64,000 nt of DNA from assembly GCA_035650735.1 (NCBI GenBank), contig DASRGZ010000215.1, forward strand, positions 1 to 64,000, written 5' to 3'. Made by a program: the position numbers and the translations under genes. Below the pieces are notes generated by a model. It was not told the DNA's origin. It was given only the letters and a program-made list of their open reading frames with translations, and did not search any database. Below are positions 1 through 9,161 of the stretch, one piece after another. The first letter of the stretch is position 1, and every line of letters starts with the position of its first letter. Origin of the DNA: Chthonomonadaceae bacterium (GTDB lineage Bacteria > Armatimonadota > Chthonomonadetes > Chthonomonadales > Chthonomonadaceae).

Positions 1-50
1 CGCTTTAAGGCATCTCTTATGGCACAATAACGGGTGAGGTTGTCGCTCAT
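1..50 (-). mobile_element. 5' end of a probable IS4-like transposase (runs off the window)
   Basis: Minus strand reads GGAGA-N7-ATG then MSDNLTRYCAIRDALK; resembles the 'MSDNLRRYRAIRDAL' N-terminus I recall for IS4-type transposases; only 16 codons visible. Confidence 0.55.
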
Positions 51-154
51 TTTAGGTTCTCCAGTGTCTGTGGTAAGCACTAGAGTACCCAATGCGGCAA
101 CCTCTACGCCCTCCTTCCAAAAAGTGTACGGCAGTGAAGAAAGGGAGAGCACCG

Positions 155-466
155 ATGCGTCCCTATGGAGAGGATGAGAACGCGGCTCCGGATGAGGAGC
201 AGATCATTGAGGAGTTCCTGGGCGAGCATCCCCGCGCCCGTGAGCTGCGCCTGATGCGCGCCGCCCTGGAGCAGCGTCGTGCCGCCTTTGAGCGCGACCT
301 GGAGCGTGCCGCCGGTGAATCGGAGCGCGCCAGCTTAAAGGCCAAGATCGCCGAATTAAATAAGCAGATTGAGGTGCTGCGGCAGGAGGAGGCCATCACG
401 ACCTTTGTGGAGGACTCGGTGCGCGTCACGCTGCACAAGCCCTCCCTGGAGGATCTGGAAGAGTAG
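155..466 (+). CDS. Hypothetical coiled-coil protein (103 aa)
   Basis: AGGGAG SD before ATG 155; GC3-rich codons; heptad-like E/R/L-rich helix. Confidence 0.75.
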   Translation: MRPYGEDENAAPDEEQIIEEFLGEHPRARELRLMRAALEQRRAAFERDLERAAGESERASLKAKIAELNKQIEVLRQEEAITTFVEDSVRVTLHKPSLEDLEE

Positions 467-587
467 GCCTAAAGTGAGTAATCTGCCGGGCGCCTGGTAA
501 GCTGCTCTTGAGATCACGGAACCTTCGCCAATGCGCTGGCGTCTGGCAAATGCAACTCACGCGGTTCTTTTTTTCGTTCGTTTGGTT

Positions 588-618
588 GCCTCTGTCCAGG
601 CTGGACAGGGGCTTTTTT
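588..618 (+). terminator. Intrinsic terminator
   Basis: GCCTCTGTCCAG/CTGGACAGGGGC inverted repeat followed by TTTTTT. Confidence 0.75.
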
Positions 619-701
619 ATGTGGGGGCAGATGGCGCGGGAGGATGGGAACGAAACGCACGGGCTCTGCGCTAGAATAGAGGGGAGAAAGGAAGGCTAGG
701 A

Positions 702-914
702 GTGAATACCCCTGTGCAAAACTGTCCTGAATGCGGCGCGCCGCTTGCCAACGATACCTCGCGCTGCTCCCAATGTGGCTGGTCCGATCCGGTCGCCTAC
801 CGCCGTGCCTCCACCCGGGCTTATCTCTTCCTGATGATCCTGATGCTGGTTCTGGGCGTGGGCGTGCTGCTGCTGACCCGGCATCTGATGCAGGGAATTC
901 CCTCCGTGCCGTGA
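702..914 (+). CDS. Small zinc-ribbon membrane protein
   Basis: CPECG...CSQCG followed by one hydrophobic helix; GTG start. Confidence 0.75.
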   Translation: MNTPVQNCPECGAPLANDTSRCSQCGWSDPVAYRRASTRAYLFLMILMLVLGVGVLLLTRHLMQGIPSVP

Positions 915-1003
915 AAAGCGCCCGGTTTGCCGCAGGAAAGAAGAGAGCGTCTGGCGAAGAGATCACGCGCAGTTGAGACCCCTTCGATAGGGTAGCCGCA
1001 GCC

Positions 1004-1855
1004 GTGATCTTTCTTTTCTTGCGCATCCTCTTCAATCTCAGCTTCGCCCAGCTCCTGAAACTGGCCCAGGCGCGCGACGGGCAGATACTCCCCGCTGCGC
1101 TGGTCAACTACCTGGTGGCCGCGCTTCTGAGTGGGCTAGGCATCGCGCTGCTGCGTCCGCCCACGCCGCAGGGCATCAGCCTCGGGCTGGGCGTGGCGAA
1201 CGGCCTCACCTACGCGCTTTCCCTGCTCAGCATGGAGACCGCCCTGCAAGCCAGCGGCATCAGCATCACCGTGGCCGTCCTCCAGCTTTCGGTGCTGGTG
1301 CCGACGCTCGCCTCCATACTGATCTTCCAGGAGCGGCCCGACCTCGGGCAAGGTTTCGGGATCGCCGCCGCCCTCCCCTCCCTCTGGCTTCTCTCCGGCT
1401 CTCGCGCCGTCCCTGACGGCCCGCGCATTCCGCTGCGCAAGGCCACCGCCGCCCTGCTTTCGCTCTTTTTGATCACCGGCGGCTCCGGCGTCGCCATGAA
1501 GGCGTTTGAGGTCTACGCCCGCCCGACGGATCGGCTCGCCTACTCCGCTGCGCTGTTTGCGACTGCGACCCTGGTTATCGGGATCGCCGTCGTCAGAGAG
1601 GCGCGCGCCTGGGGACGGCTGGCCTGGCCGGTGGGAAGCCTGATAGGGCTTTCCAATCTGCTCCAGTTGGAGGCGACATTAAAGGCGCTGGCCCTGCTCC
1701 CGGCCATTCTCGTCTTTCCCATCAGCAGCGCGCTGACCGTCTCCTTCAATACCCTCCTTTCCGTCTGGCTCTGGAAAGAGCGCTTGAACTACCGCTCTCG
1801 GCTCGGGATCGCGCTGGCGGTTCTCTCCGCGATCCTGATGAACTGGCGCCGCTGA
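1004..1855 (+). CDS. EamA/DMT family transporter
   Basis: ~10 TM helices in two repeats, each ending in a 'xE R' motif (IFQER, LWKER). Confidence 0.85.
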   Translation: MIFLFLRILFNLSFAQLLKLAQARDGQILPAALVNYLVAALLSGLGIALLRPPTPQGISLGLGVANGLTYALSLLSMETALQASGISITVAVLQLSVLVPTLASILIFQERPDLGQGFGIAAALPSLWLLSGSRAVPDGPRIPLRKATAALLSLFLITGGSGVAMKAFEVYARPTDRLAYSAALFATATLVIGIAVVREARAWGRLAWPVGSLIGLSNLLQLEATLKALALLPAILVFPISSALTVSFNTLLSVWLWKERLNYRSRLGIALAVLSAILMNWRR

Positions 1856-1930
1856 TATGCTCGCATGATAGCCACTCGCTCACGGGTGGGCTGCCAGAAG
1901 GCTTCACAGGCGCTTGAAACCTGGGAGTCG

Positions 1931-1956
1931 GGAACCAATCCGGGCGCATTTCCGTT
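1931..1956 (+). promoter_or_regulatory. Possible ECF-sigma promoter
   Basis: GGAAC-N17-CGTT about 55 nt upstream of ATG 2011. Confidence 0.3.
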
Positions 1957-2010
1957 AAAAAGCTGAATATTCCTTCCGCTTGTGCGCCAAAGTAGGGCAT
2001 AATAGGATCT

Positions 2011-2436
2011 ATGCAATTCGCGTGGCAGAAAAAATTTAATCTGGCCCTGTGGCTGATGGCGGCGCTCTGCATCCTGGCCGGGCGCGCGCCAGCATACGCC
2101 TCCTGCCATGCGATACCGCCCTCCGCTCCGGCAAAGTCCTGCTGCGCGGCGGCAGGGCAGTCCTGCCATTGCCCCCTTGCATCCCCGACGGCTCCAGCAT
2201 CGCCGGCCCATCCAGGCGGGATGGAATGCTCCTGCCTTATAAACCCGTCCCCTTCTGAGTCGGCCCCGCCGTCGCAGGGCGTGCGCCTGGTTCTTCCTGC
2301 CGTTCCCGCCGTGTGTCCGTTTTGGCGCATTGCCGCGCCGGAGCATCCCGTTCTGCGGGAAACGGCTTTGCTGGCCGCCCCGCGCGGCCTCGCCTTTGCT
2401 CCCTCCCCACCGCGCGCCCCGCCTTTCCAGGGATGA
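2011..2436 (+). CDS. Cys-rich exported leader peptide with C-terminal RAPP motif (DUF2946/CruR-like)
   Basis: Signal-like N-terminus, CC/CxC clusters, Pro-rich linker, PPRAPP three codons before the stop, upstream of a metal-related operon. Confidence 0.7.
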   Translation: MQFAWQKKFNLALWLMAALCILAGRAPAYASCHAIPPSAPAKSCCAAAGQSCHCPLASPTAPASPAHPGGMECSCLINPSPSESAPPSQGVRLVLPAVPAVCPFWRIAAPEHPVLRETALLAAPRGLAFAPSPPRAPPFQG

Positions 2437-2501
2437 GTCTGACTCGGCCAGACTGATGCTGCCGAGCCAATAGCATCACTTGACCCTGGAAAGGAATATC
2501 T

Positions 2502-3698
2502 ATGTTTCCCCGAAACATCTATGCTTTTGTGGCCCTCAGCGTGGCTATGCTTCTGTCGGGCGTCTCCGCTTGGGCACAGCAGGCCGCGCCCCATCCCACG
2601 CAGAAGGCCGGCAAATATGCCGTTGAATTACGTATCCCGGCGGAGGGACTCTATGCCGACGAAGAGACCGATATCGAGTTCCGCGTCACCGATACCAGCC
2701 AGGACGATCCCGTTCAGGGCGCGCCCCCGGTGGTGAAGGCTAAAGTCAGCGCGCGCCTCACCATGCCCTCCATGCCCTCCATGCCGGCGCAGACGCCCAA
2801 GACGCACAGCGAGGGCGTACCCGGCGACTACGGCGTGGTCGTCTACTTCCCGCACGGCGGCGAGTATCATCTAGACCTGAACATCACCCCGCCGGACGAC
2901 AAGCCGTTCACCGTCTCCTTTCAGGTTCCGGTGGATGACGCTGATGCGGTCAAGAAGCGTCCCCCGAAACCCCGGCCCTACACGCTGGAAGTCGTCCCGG
3001 CTCCGAAGACAGTGCGCGCCGGGCAGCCGGTAGACCTGACCATCCTTATCCGCAGCCGCGACACCAGGCAGCCGGTCACGGATTTCGATACCGTCCATGA
3101 GAAGAAGATCCACTTCATTATCGTGTCGCGGGACCTGAGCTTCTTTGCGCACGAGCACCCTGAGTTGGGCCTGGACGGCAAGTTCGCCCTGCGCTTCACC
3201 TTCCCGACGGGCGGCGAGTACCGCCTGTTTGCCGACGTGGCGCCCCACGGCGCCGGCTCGCAGGTGCTGATGCAGCCGCTGAAGGTGGAGGGGATGCCGG
3301 CAGCCGGTGTGCCGACTCTCAAGCCTGCCGTATTGATGGAGCCGGTAGGCGGCGTGCGGGTCACGCTGCAAACGGACACGGCGGCGCTGCCGTCCGGGCG
3401 CACGATTCCGCTCGCCTTTGCGTTGCAAGACGCAAAGACCAATGAGCCGATCACCGACCTGGAGCCGTATCTGGGCGCGATGGCGCATCTGATCCTGATC
3501 CACCAGGACGGCGCGACCTTCGTTCACTGCCATCCCGACGAGACGGAACCGGCCAGCGGTCAGAACGGCGCCCTGACCTTCCAGGCGCGCTTCCCCAAGC
3601 CGGGCGCCTACCGAGGTTGGCTCCAGTTTCAGCGTCGCGGCCAGGTGCTGACGGCCACGTTTGTCGTGGCGGCTAGGGAGCGTGAGGGCAAGCCATGA
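2502..3698 (+). CDS. Exported heavy-metal (Cu)-binding-type protein with YtkA-like N-domain
   Basis: Signal peptide (AWA-Q); MPSMPSMP; duplicated His motifs HEKKIHFIIV..FAHEHP and HLILI..FVHCHP. Confidence 0.7.
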   Translation: MFPRNIYAFVALSVAMLLSGVSAWAQQAAPHPTQKAGKYAVELRIPAEGLYADEETDIEFRVTDTSQDDPVQGAPPVVKAKVSARLTMPSMPSMPAQTPKTHSEGVPGDYGVVVYFPHGGEYHLDLNITPPDDKPFTVSFQVPVDDADAVKKRPPKPRPYTLEVVPAPKTVRAGQPVDLTILIRSRDTRQPVTDFDTVHEKKIHFIIVSRDLSFFAHEHPELGLDGKFALRFTFPTGGEYRLFADVAPHGAGSQVLMQPLKVEGMPAAGVPTLKPAVLMEPVGGVRVTLQTDTAALPSGRTIPLAFALQDAKTNEPITDLEPYLGAMAHLILIHQDGATFVHCHPDETEPASGQNGALTFQARFPKPGAYRGWLQFQRRGQVLTATFVVAAREREGKP

Positions 3699-5581
3699 TG
3701 GGAAGAAGACGGTATGGGAGAGTCCTGACGCTCTTCCTGATCCTGGCGATGGCAGGCGCGGCGATCTGCGGGGCCGCCCATGAGGACGAGAAGACCAAAC
3801 ACCTGCCCCCGACAAAGGCCAGGCCCGAGCTGGAGGCCGCTCGTCGGCAGATGGACGCGGCCAAGACGCAACTGCTCGCGCAGAGCAAATACGCCTGCTG
3901 CATCAAGGCGCCTGCCGGCTCGAAGGTGGCGGGCTGCGACCTCTGCGCCAAGGAGAACGGCTCGTGCCAGTGCGGCGTGAGCCTGGCGCAGGGCAAGGGC
4001 GTCTGCGGCGAGTGCCTGGGCGCGTGGCAGCAGGGACGGGGCGCGTTCCCCGGCGTTCATCCCAAGAGCGTGACGCTGCTGGCCTCGCCGCATCAGAAGA
4101 AGGAGGGCGAAGCTGCGCCTCCGCCGCCGGAACTGGCGCAGGCGCGCGAAACCCTGAACCACGCAAAGCGCACGCTGGTTCAGGAGGGACGCTATGTCTG
4201 CTGCGTCGGGCATGGCGGCTGCGACGAGTGCGCCTACGAGGCGAGCTGCCCCTGCGGGCGGCAGGCGCTGCTGGGCCAGAAGGGCGAGGGCATCTGCGCG
4301 CAGTGCTATGATGGCTGGTATGCGGGCATCGGACGCCTCTCCGGGTTGACGGCCCAGGAGATGAAGATGAACCCGATGCAGATGGGTGGGCCGCACGGGA
4401 TGCACGGGATGATGGAGTTTGCCGGCGTCCCGGAGACGCAGGAGGCATCGGGAACGGCCTGGCAGCCGGCTAGCACGCCGATGTATGCCTATCACTGGCA
4501 GTCGGGCCGCTGGTCGCTGATGGCCCACTATAACGCCTTCCTGGCCTACGACCGGCAGGACGGCCCGCGCGGCGATTACCAGTATAACTCGATCAACTGG
4601 GCGATGCTGATGGCGCGGCGTCCGGTGCGCAGCGACGAGCTAATGCTGCGGGCCATGCTCAGCCTGGAGCCGCTGACGGTGACGCCCGCCGGCTATCCGC
4701 TGCTGTTCCAGACGGGTGAGAGCTATGCCGGCAAGCCGCTGGTGGATCGGCAGCACCCGCACGACTTCTTCATGGAGTTGGCGGCGCGGTATCGGCACCC
4801 CATCGGCAGCAACAGCGGCGCCGTCGTCTATCTGGCGGCGGTTGGAGAGCCGGCGCTCGGCCCGCCTGCCTATCCGCACCGCCTCTCCGCGATGGACAAC
4901 CCGGCGGCCCCGATCTCCCACCACTGGCAGGACAGCACCCACATCACGCCCGGCGTGCTTACGGTCGGAGGATGGGTTCGCAACCTCCAATTAGAAGGCT
5001 CGATCTTCACGGGCCGCGAGCCGGACGAGCACCGCTGGAACATTGACCCGATGCGCTTCGACTCCTATTCGGGACGCCTGACCTACAATCCGGGCCGGAA
5101 CTGGAGCCTGCAAGCCTCCTACGGCTACCTGCACAGCCCGGAGCAGCTGCATCCCGAGGACGACTTGCGCCGTACCACCGCCTCGGCGGTGTATGTCGCA
5201 CCGCGCCGGGACGGGGGTTTCTGGGCGACCACCTTCGTCTGGGGACGCAATAACATCCATCGCACCAACGCCGATTCCTTGCTGCTGGAGTCGAGCCTCA
5301 ACCTGGCCAATCGCAACACGATCTTCGGTCGGCTGGAGTACGTGCAAAAACCCGGCGAGGAGCTGAATCTATTGCCGGCGGATAAGAAGTTCGAGATCGG
5401 ACAGTTCACGCTGGGCGCGGTCCACGACTTCACGCCCAACCGCACCTACCAGATGGGCATTGGAGCCTCGGTGACGTTCTCGGCGTTTCCGGCCTCGTTA
5501 GAGCCGATCTACGGCAGTTCGCCGGTATCCTACTGGCTGTTTCTGCGCATCCGCCCTGCGCCCATGCGGCACGGCGAATGA
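3695..5581 (+). CDS. Tandem Cys-rich domains fused to a probable outer-membrane beta-barrel (metal-associated family)
   Basis: Signal peptide; two CC-xn-CxxC-xn-CxC-xn-CxxC modules; Met/His linker; ASGTAWQP, DRQHPHDFFMEL, HHWQDSTHI motifs; alternating aromatic C-terminal strands. Confidence 0.7.
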   Translation: MMGRRRYGRVLTLFLILAMAGAAICGAAHEDEKTKHLPPTKARPELEAARRQMDAAKTQLLAQSKYACCIKAPAGSKVAGCDLCAKENGSCQCGVSLAQGKGVCGECLGAWQQGRGAFPGVHPKSVTLLASPHQKKEGEAAPPPPELAQARETLNHAKRTLVQEGRYVCCVGHGGCDECAYEASCPCGRQALLGQKGEGICAQCYDGWYAGIGRLSGLTAQEMKMNPMQMGGPHGMHGMMEFAGVPETQEASGTAWQPASTPMYAYHWQSGRWSLMAHYNAFLAYDRQDGPRGDYQYNSINWAMLMARRPVRSDELMLRAMLSLEPLTVTPAGYPLLFQTGESYAGKPLVDRQHPHDFFMELAARYRHPIGSNSGAVVYLAAVGEPALGPPAYPHRLSAMDNPAAPISHHWQDSTHITPGVLTVGGWVRNLQLEGSIFTGREPDEHRWNIDPMRFDSYSGRLTYNPGRNWSLQASYGYLHSPEQLHPEDDLRRTTASAVYVAPRRDGGFWATTFVWGRNNIHRTNADSLLLESSLNLANRNTIFGRLEYVQKPGEELNLLPADKKFEIGQFTLGAVHDFTPNRTYQMGIGASVTFSAFPASLEPIYGSSPVSYWLFLRIRPAPMRHGE

Positions 5582-5609
5582 AGGGGATCGGGCGCTTCTC
5601 TCCGGTTGC

Positions 5610-5757
5610 GGCCCTCACCCCCGGCCCTTCTTGACCTAACCCCGTCCCCCACTGCCAGGGTCGGGGCTGCCATGGTTCGGCCCTCCGCCTCGCGACACGG
5701 CTCCGCCTTGCGATAGCCCTCCGCTTAGCGATCCCCAAGAACAGGGGAGGGGAGAAA
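5610..5757 (-). repeat. REP hairpin carrying modular GCAAGGCGGAG/CCGACCCTGGCAGTGG insert (copy 1)
   Basis: Reverse complement aligns by eye with 50905-51078 and 19945-20075. Confidence 0.75.
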
Positions 5758-5900
5758 AGAGTCGGAAGGCCGACTTCGTGCCTTTGTTGCTGCGGCTTGA
5801 GCCGCCCGAAATGAAACCAGAAGAAGGGCAGAGGATCAGTGAAACCGGGGGGACGCCGGTTCGTAGAAGGCAGATAGAAGGAGAGACAAGGAGGAGGCAG

Positions 5901-7247
5901 ATGGGCAGGAAACTCACGCGGCGTCAGATCGTAACCGGGGCGGCCCTTGCGGCGGCAGCAGGCGCGGCCAACGGCGTCGGGCGCGGGCTATCGGCGCTGG
6001 CCAGCGTCACCCTGGGGCCGCGCCCGCGTCAGACCGGCGGCGATGCGCTGGTAGTGCTCTTTCTGCGCGGCGGCGCGGACGGCCTCAATATCGTGGTCCC
6101 GCACGGCGATGACGGCTACTACCGCCTGCGCCCTACCCTGGCTCTGGCCCGCCCCAACGACCGCAGGGAGCCCACCGCTGCGCGAGTCCTCGATCTGGAC
6201 GGCTTTTTCGGGCTGCATCCGGCCCTCGCGCCGCTGCTGCCTCTCTACCAGGCCGAACAGTTCGCCGCCGTTCATGCCGTCGGCTCCGGCGACCAGACGC
6301 GCTCCCACTTTGAGGCAATGGCGACCATGGAACGCGGCCTCGCCCAGCAGACCGGCACCGCGAGCGGCTGGCTGGCCCGCCACCTGGCCTCTACCGCCAC
6401 CGAACACGACTCGCCCCTGCGGGCCGTCGCCATCTCCGAAACCATGCCCGACTCGCTGCGCGGTGCCACGCATGCCGCCGCGCTCACGGCACTCACCGAT
6501 TTCCGGCTCGTCGCTCCCAGCGCCCTGCCGACCGGCAGCGGCGGCAAAGTCTTCCATGCCCCGCCGCCCGCCCGCGCGGAAGCCCTCACGGAGACCCTGC
6601 GCGCCCTCTATGGCGATACGCCGCCGCACGCCGCTCCTGACATCCTAACGAACGCCGGACGGGAAACCCTGGCGGCGCTGGAGGCGGTGAAGCGATTGGA
6701 TCCTGCCCACTACCGGCCCGCGCCCGGCGTCGTCTATCCCAACAACGAGATCGGAAACGGCTTCCGGCAGGTGGCGTGCCTGATCAAAGGGGACGTCGGC
6801 TTGGAGGTCGCCTGCCTGGATTTTGGCGGCTGGGATACGCACGTGGCGCAGGGGCGCGACTCCGGCTGGCAGCCAGCCCGCCTGGGCGACCTGGGCCGAG
6901 CGCTGGCTGCCTTCGCCGCCGACCTGGGGCCGCACCTGGCCCACGTCACCACCGTCGTGATGACCGAGTTCGGGCGGCGAGCTTACGAAAATAGCGGCCT
7001 GGGCACCGATCACGGGCGTGCCAGTTGCATGCTGGCGCTGGGTGGGGGCATCACGGGCGGCAAGGTCTATGCGGCGTGGCCCGGCCTGGCCGACTTCCAA
7101 CTGGAGGGCCCCGGCGACCTGCGCGTCACCACCGACTACCGCGACGTGCTGGCCGAAGTCCTCACGCGCCGCCTGCGCAATCCGCACCTGGACGCCGTCT
7201 TCCCAGACTACACGCCCCGCTTCCCTAACCTGACGCACCCAGTGTGA
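5901..7247 (+). CDS. DUF1501 family protein with Tat-like signal
   Basis: LTRRQIV; LVVLFLRGGADGLN; RSHFEA; GGWDTH; TEFGR; GTDHG; strong SD GGAGG. Confidence 0.9.
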   Translation: MGRKLTRRQIVTGAALAAAAGAANGVGRGLSALASVTLGPRPRQTGGDALVVLFLRGGADGLNIVVPHGDDGYYRLRPTLALARPNDRREPTAARVLDLDGFFGLHPALAPLLPLYQAEQFAAVHAVGSGDQTRSHFEAMATMERGLAQQTGTASGWLARHLASTATEHDSPLRAVAISETMPDSLRGATHAAALTALTDFRLVAPSALPTGSGGKVFHAPPPARAEALTETLRALYGDTPPHAAPDILTNAGRETLAALEAVKRLDPAHYRPAPGVVYPNNEIGNGFRQVACLIKGDVGLEVACLDFGGWDTHVAQGRDSGWQPARLGDLGRALAAFAADLGPHLAHVTTVVMTEFGRRAYENSGLGTDHGRASCMLALGGGITGGKVYAAWPGLADFQLEGPGDLRVTTDYRDVLAEVLTRRLRNPHLDAVFPDYTPRFPNLTHPV

Positions 7248-7254
7248 AAGATTC

Positions 7255-7492
7255 CAATAGGATGAACAGGATTTTGCAGGATTTACAGGATTAAGGGTAG
7301 ACACTCCCAGCCGTGTAGATCAATCTCACGCAGCCTGCTGCTGAGGAGATACGTCCACACCGTTGGGAGGGATTACCGGATTAAGACAGAAGCCTTGAAT
7401 CTAAGAGGAACAGAGGCATAGGTACTCGGTTGGTTAGGTAGGTTTTAGAAATCCTGTTTAATCCTGAATCATCCTGTTCATCCTGTTGAGGT
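7255..7492 (+). repeat. ACAGGAT-terminal MITE/REP-like element (copy 1)
   Basis: AGGATGAACAGGAT... / ...ATCCTGTTCATCCTGTTGA ends; core nearly identical to 48145-48292. Confidence 0.8.
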
Positions 7493-7500
7493 TGTTGTTT

Positions 7501-9063
7501 TTAGCCGCTGGGAGTTCTGGCAGGTCTGGCGGGGTTGGAGGATTTCTCGAAGCGGCTGAGGTTCTTACGGGCCAGCGCGTTGCCGGGGTCGGCCTGTAGA
7601 GCCTTTCGATAGCAGGCGACGGCCTGTTCCGTGTTGCCCTGGAACTCGTAGGCGACGCCCAGGTTATTGAGCGCATCCGCGTAGCGCGGATTGACGGCGA
7701 CGGCGCGCTTGAAATAGTTGATCGCCTCGTCCAGCTTGTTCTGTTTCTGCGCCACCAGTCCCAGGCCGTTGAGGGCCTCGGGGTTGTCCGGCGCCTCTTG
7801 CAGCGCGCGCGCATACTCCTCTTGAGCGCGTGTCAGACTATCGGCATCGCCCTTGCGGAAATAATGGCTCGCCAGCGCGCAGTGCACCTCCGCAACACGC
7901 GGCCCATGCCCGTTCTGCCGGAGTGCCGCCTCCAGCGCCGCCACCGCTCCCTCCGCATCCCCTTTGCGCTGTAGGCTGGAGCTGAGGTTGATCCAGTGCG
8001 ACAGATCGTTAGGCGCCAGTTTGGTTAGCGCCTCGAAGGTTTTGGCCGCCTGATCATACTGCTTGAGTTGAAACTGGATCAGGCCCAGGTTATTGAGGGC
8101 TTCCCGACTCTGCGGATGGATCGTCAGCGCCCGCTGGTACGCTGCCGCCGCCTTTTCCAACTGGCCCTGCCGCGCCAGCACATAGCCCAGGTTATAGGCC
8201 GGATCAAACTGTTTGGGGTCGAGCCGCGCGGCTTTCTCAAACTGCGCGGCAGCTTCGGCATTGCGGCCCATGCCCGCCAGCGCCTCCCCGTAGACCTCTC
8301 GCATCCGATAATTGTTCGGGGCCAATTGTACGGCCCGTGTGAAGGCGGCCCGCGCCTCGTTCGCAGCTTTTTCCGCCGCCGCTTTGCTCCGTCCCGTCTT
8401 GCGCGCCAGTTCCTGCGATGCCAGCCCCAGGTTAAACCAGAAATCCGCCTGGCTGGGCAGCAGTTGCGTCGCCTTCTGGTAGGCGGCCACAGCGCCGGCA
8501 GCGTTGCCGGAAGCCTGCAGCACAAAGCCCAGATTCAGATGGGCGTAGGGGTCGTCGGGCTTGAGGGCCACCGCGCGCCGATAGGCTGCGATGGCGTCAG
8601 GCAGGCGCTTCATCTTGTAGTAGACGCTGCCCAGGTTATAGTAGGAATCCGGGGCGTTGGGCCGCAGCTTCGCCACAGTCTGGAACTCGCGCACGGCGTC
8701 CGTGTAGCGTTTCAAGCCATCGTAGACGTTGCCCAGGTTGGTGTGGGCGTCCGCCGAGTTGGGGTCGAGCGCGACCGCCTGCTCCAGCGGCTCCAGAGCC
8801 TCCGTGAATCGCTGCTGCTGCAGCTCGATAAAGCCGATCCAGTTGAGGATCGTGGCATCATTGGGGGCCAGCTTACGGGCGGCGGCAAACTCCTCCAGCG
8901 CCTCGCCGGGCTTGTTCTGGTTGTAGAGGGCGATGCCCTTATCAAAATGGGTCTTCACATCATCGGCAAGGACGGGCCTGCCGGATAGCAGGAGCGCGGC
9001 TCCCAGCAGAAGGCCGGAAAGCGCGCGTTTCCACAAGGCGGGGATACGTGCGGGGTGTGACAT
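7501..9063 (-). CDS. Exported tetratricopeptide repeat protein
   Basis: Many 34-aa TPR units (NLG...A...P); signal peptide; GGAGGAG SD before ATG 9063. Confidence 0.92.
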   Translation of the reverse strand: MSHPARIPALWKRALSGLLLGAALLLSGRPVLADDVKTHFDKGIALYNQNKPGEALEEFAAARKLAPNDATILNWIGFIELQQQRFTEALEPLEQAVALDPNSADAHTNLGNVYDGLKRYTDAVREFQTVAKLRPNAPDSYYNLGSVYYKMKRLPDAIAAYRRAVALKPDDPYAHLNLGFVLQASGNAAGAVAAYQKATQLLPSQADFWFNLGLASQELARKTGRSKAAAEKAANEARAAFTRAVQLAPNNYRMREVYGEALAGMGRNAEAAAQFEKAARLDPKQFDPAYNLGYVLARQGQLEKAAAAYQRALTIHPQSREALNNLGLIQFQLKQYDQAAKTFEALTKLAPNDLSHWINLSSSLQRKGDAEGAVAALEAALRQNGHGPRVAEVHCALASHYFRKGDADSLTRAQEEYARALQEAPDNPEALNGLGLVAQKQNKLDEAINYFKRAVAVNPRYADALNNLGVAYEFQGNTEQAVACYRKALQADPGNALARKNLSRFEKSSNPARPARTPSG

Positions 9064-9161
9064 GGCGCAACTCCTCCATACAAACCGAGGGGTCCGGCGT
9101 GTCCGGGCCTTTCGCCCGGCAAGGGACTCTTTCATAATGCCAGTTACGGCAAAGGAGGACG

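Noticed and set aside
7255..7492. CRISPR array in the ACAGGAT repeats
   Set aside because: Period is ~9-10 bp and inverted; no constant repeat with unique spacers; no cas genes
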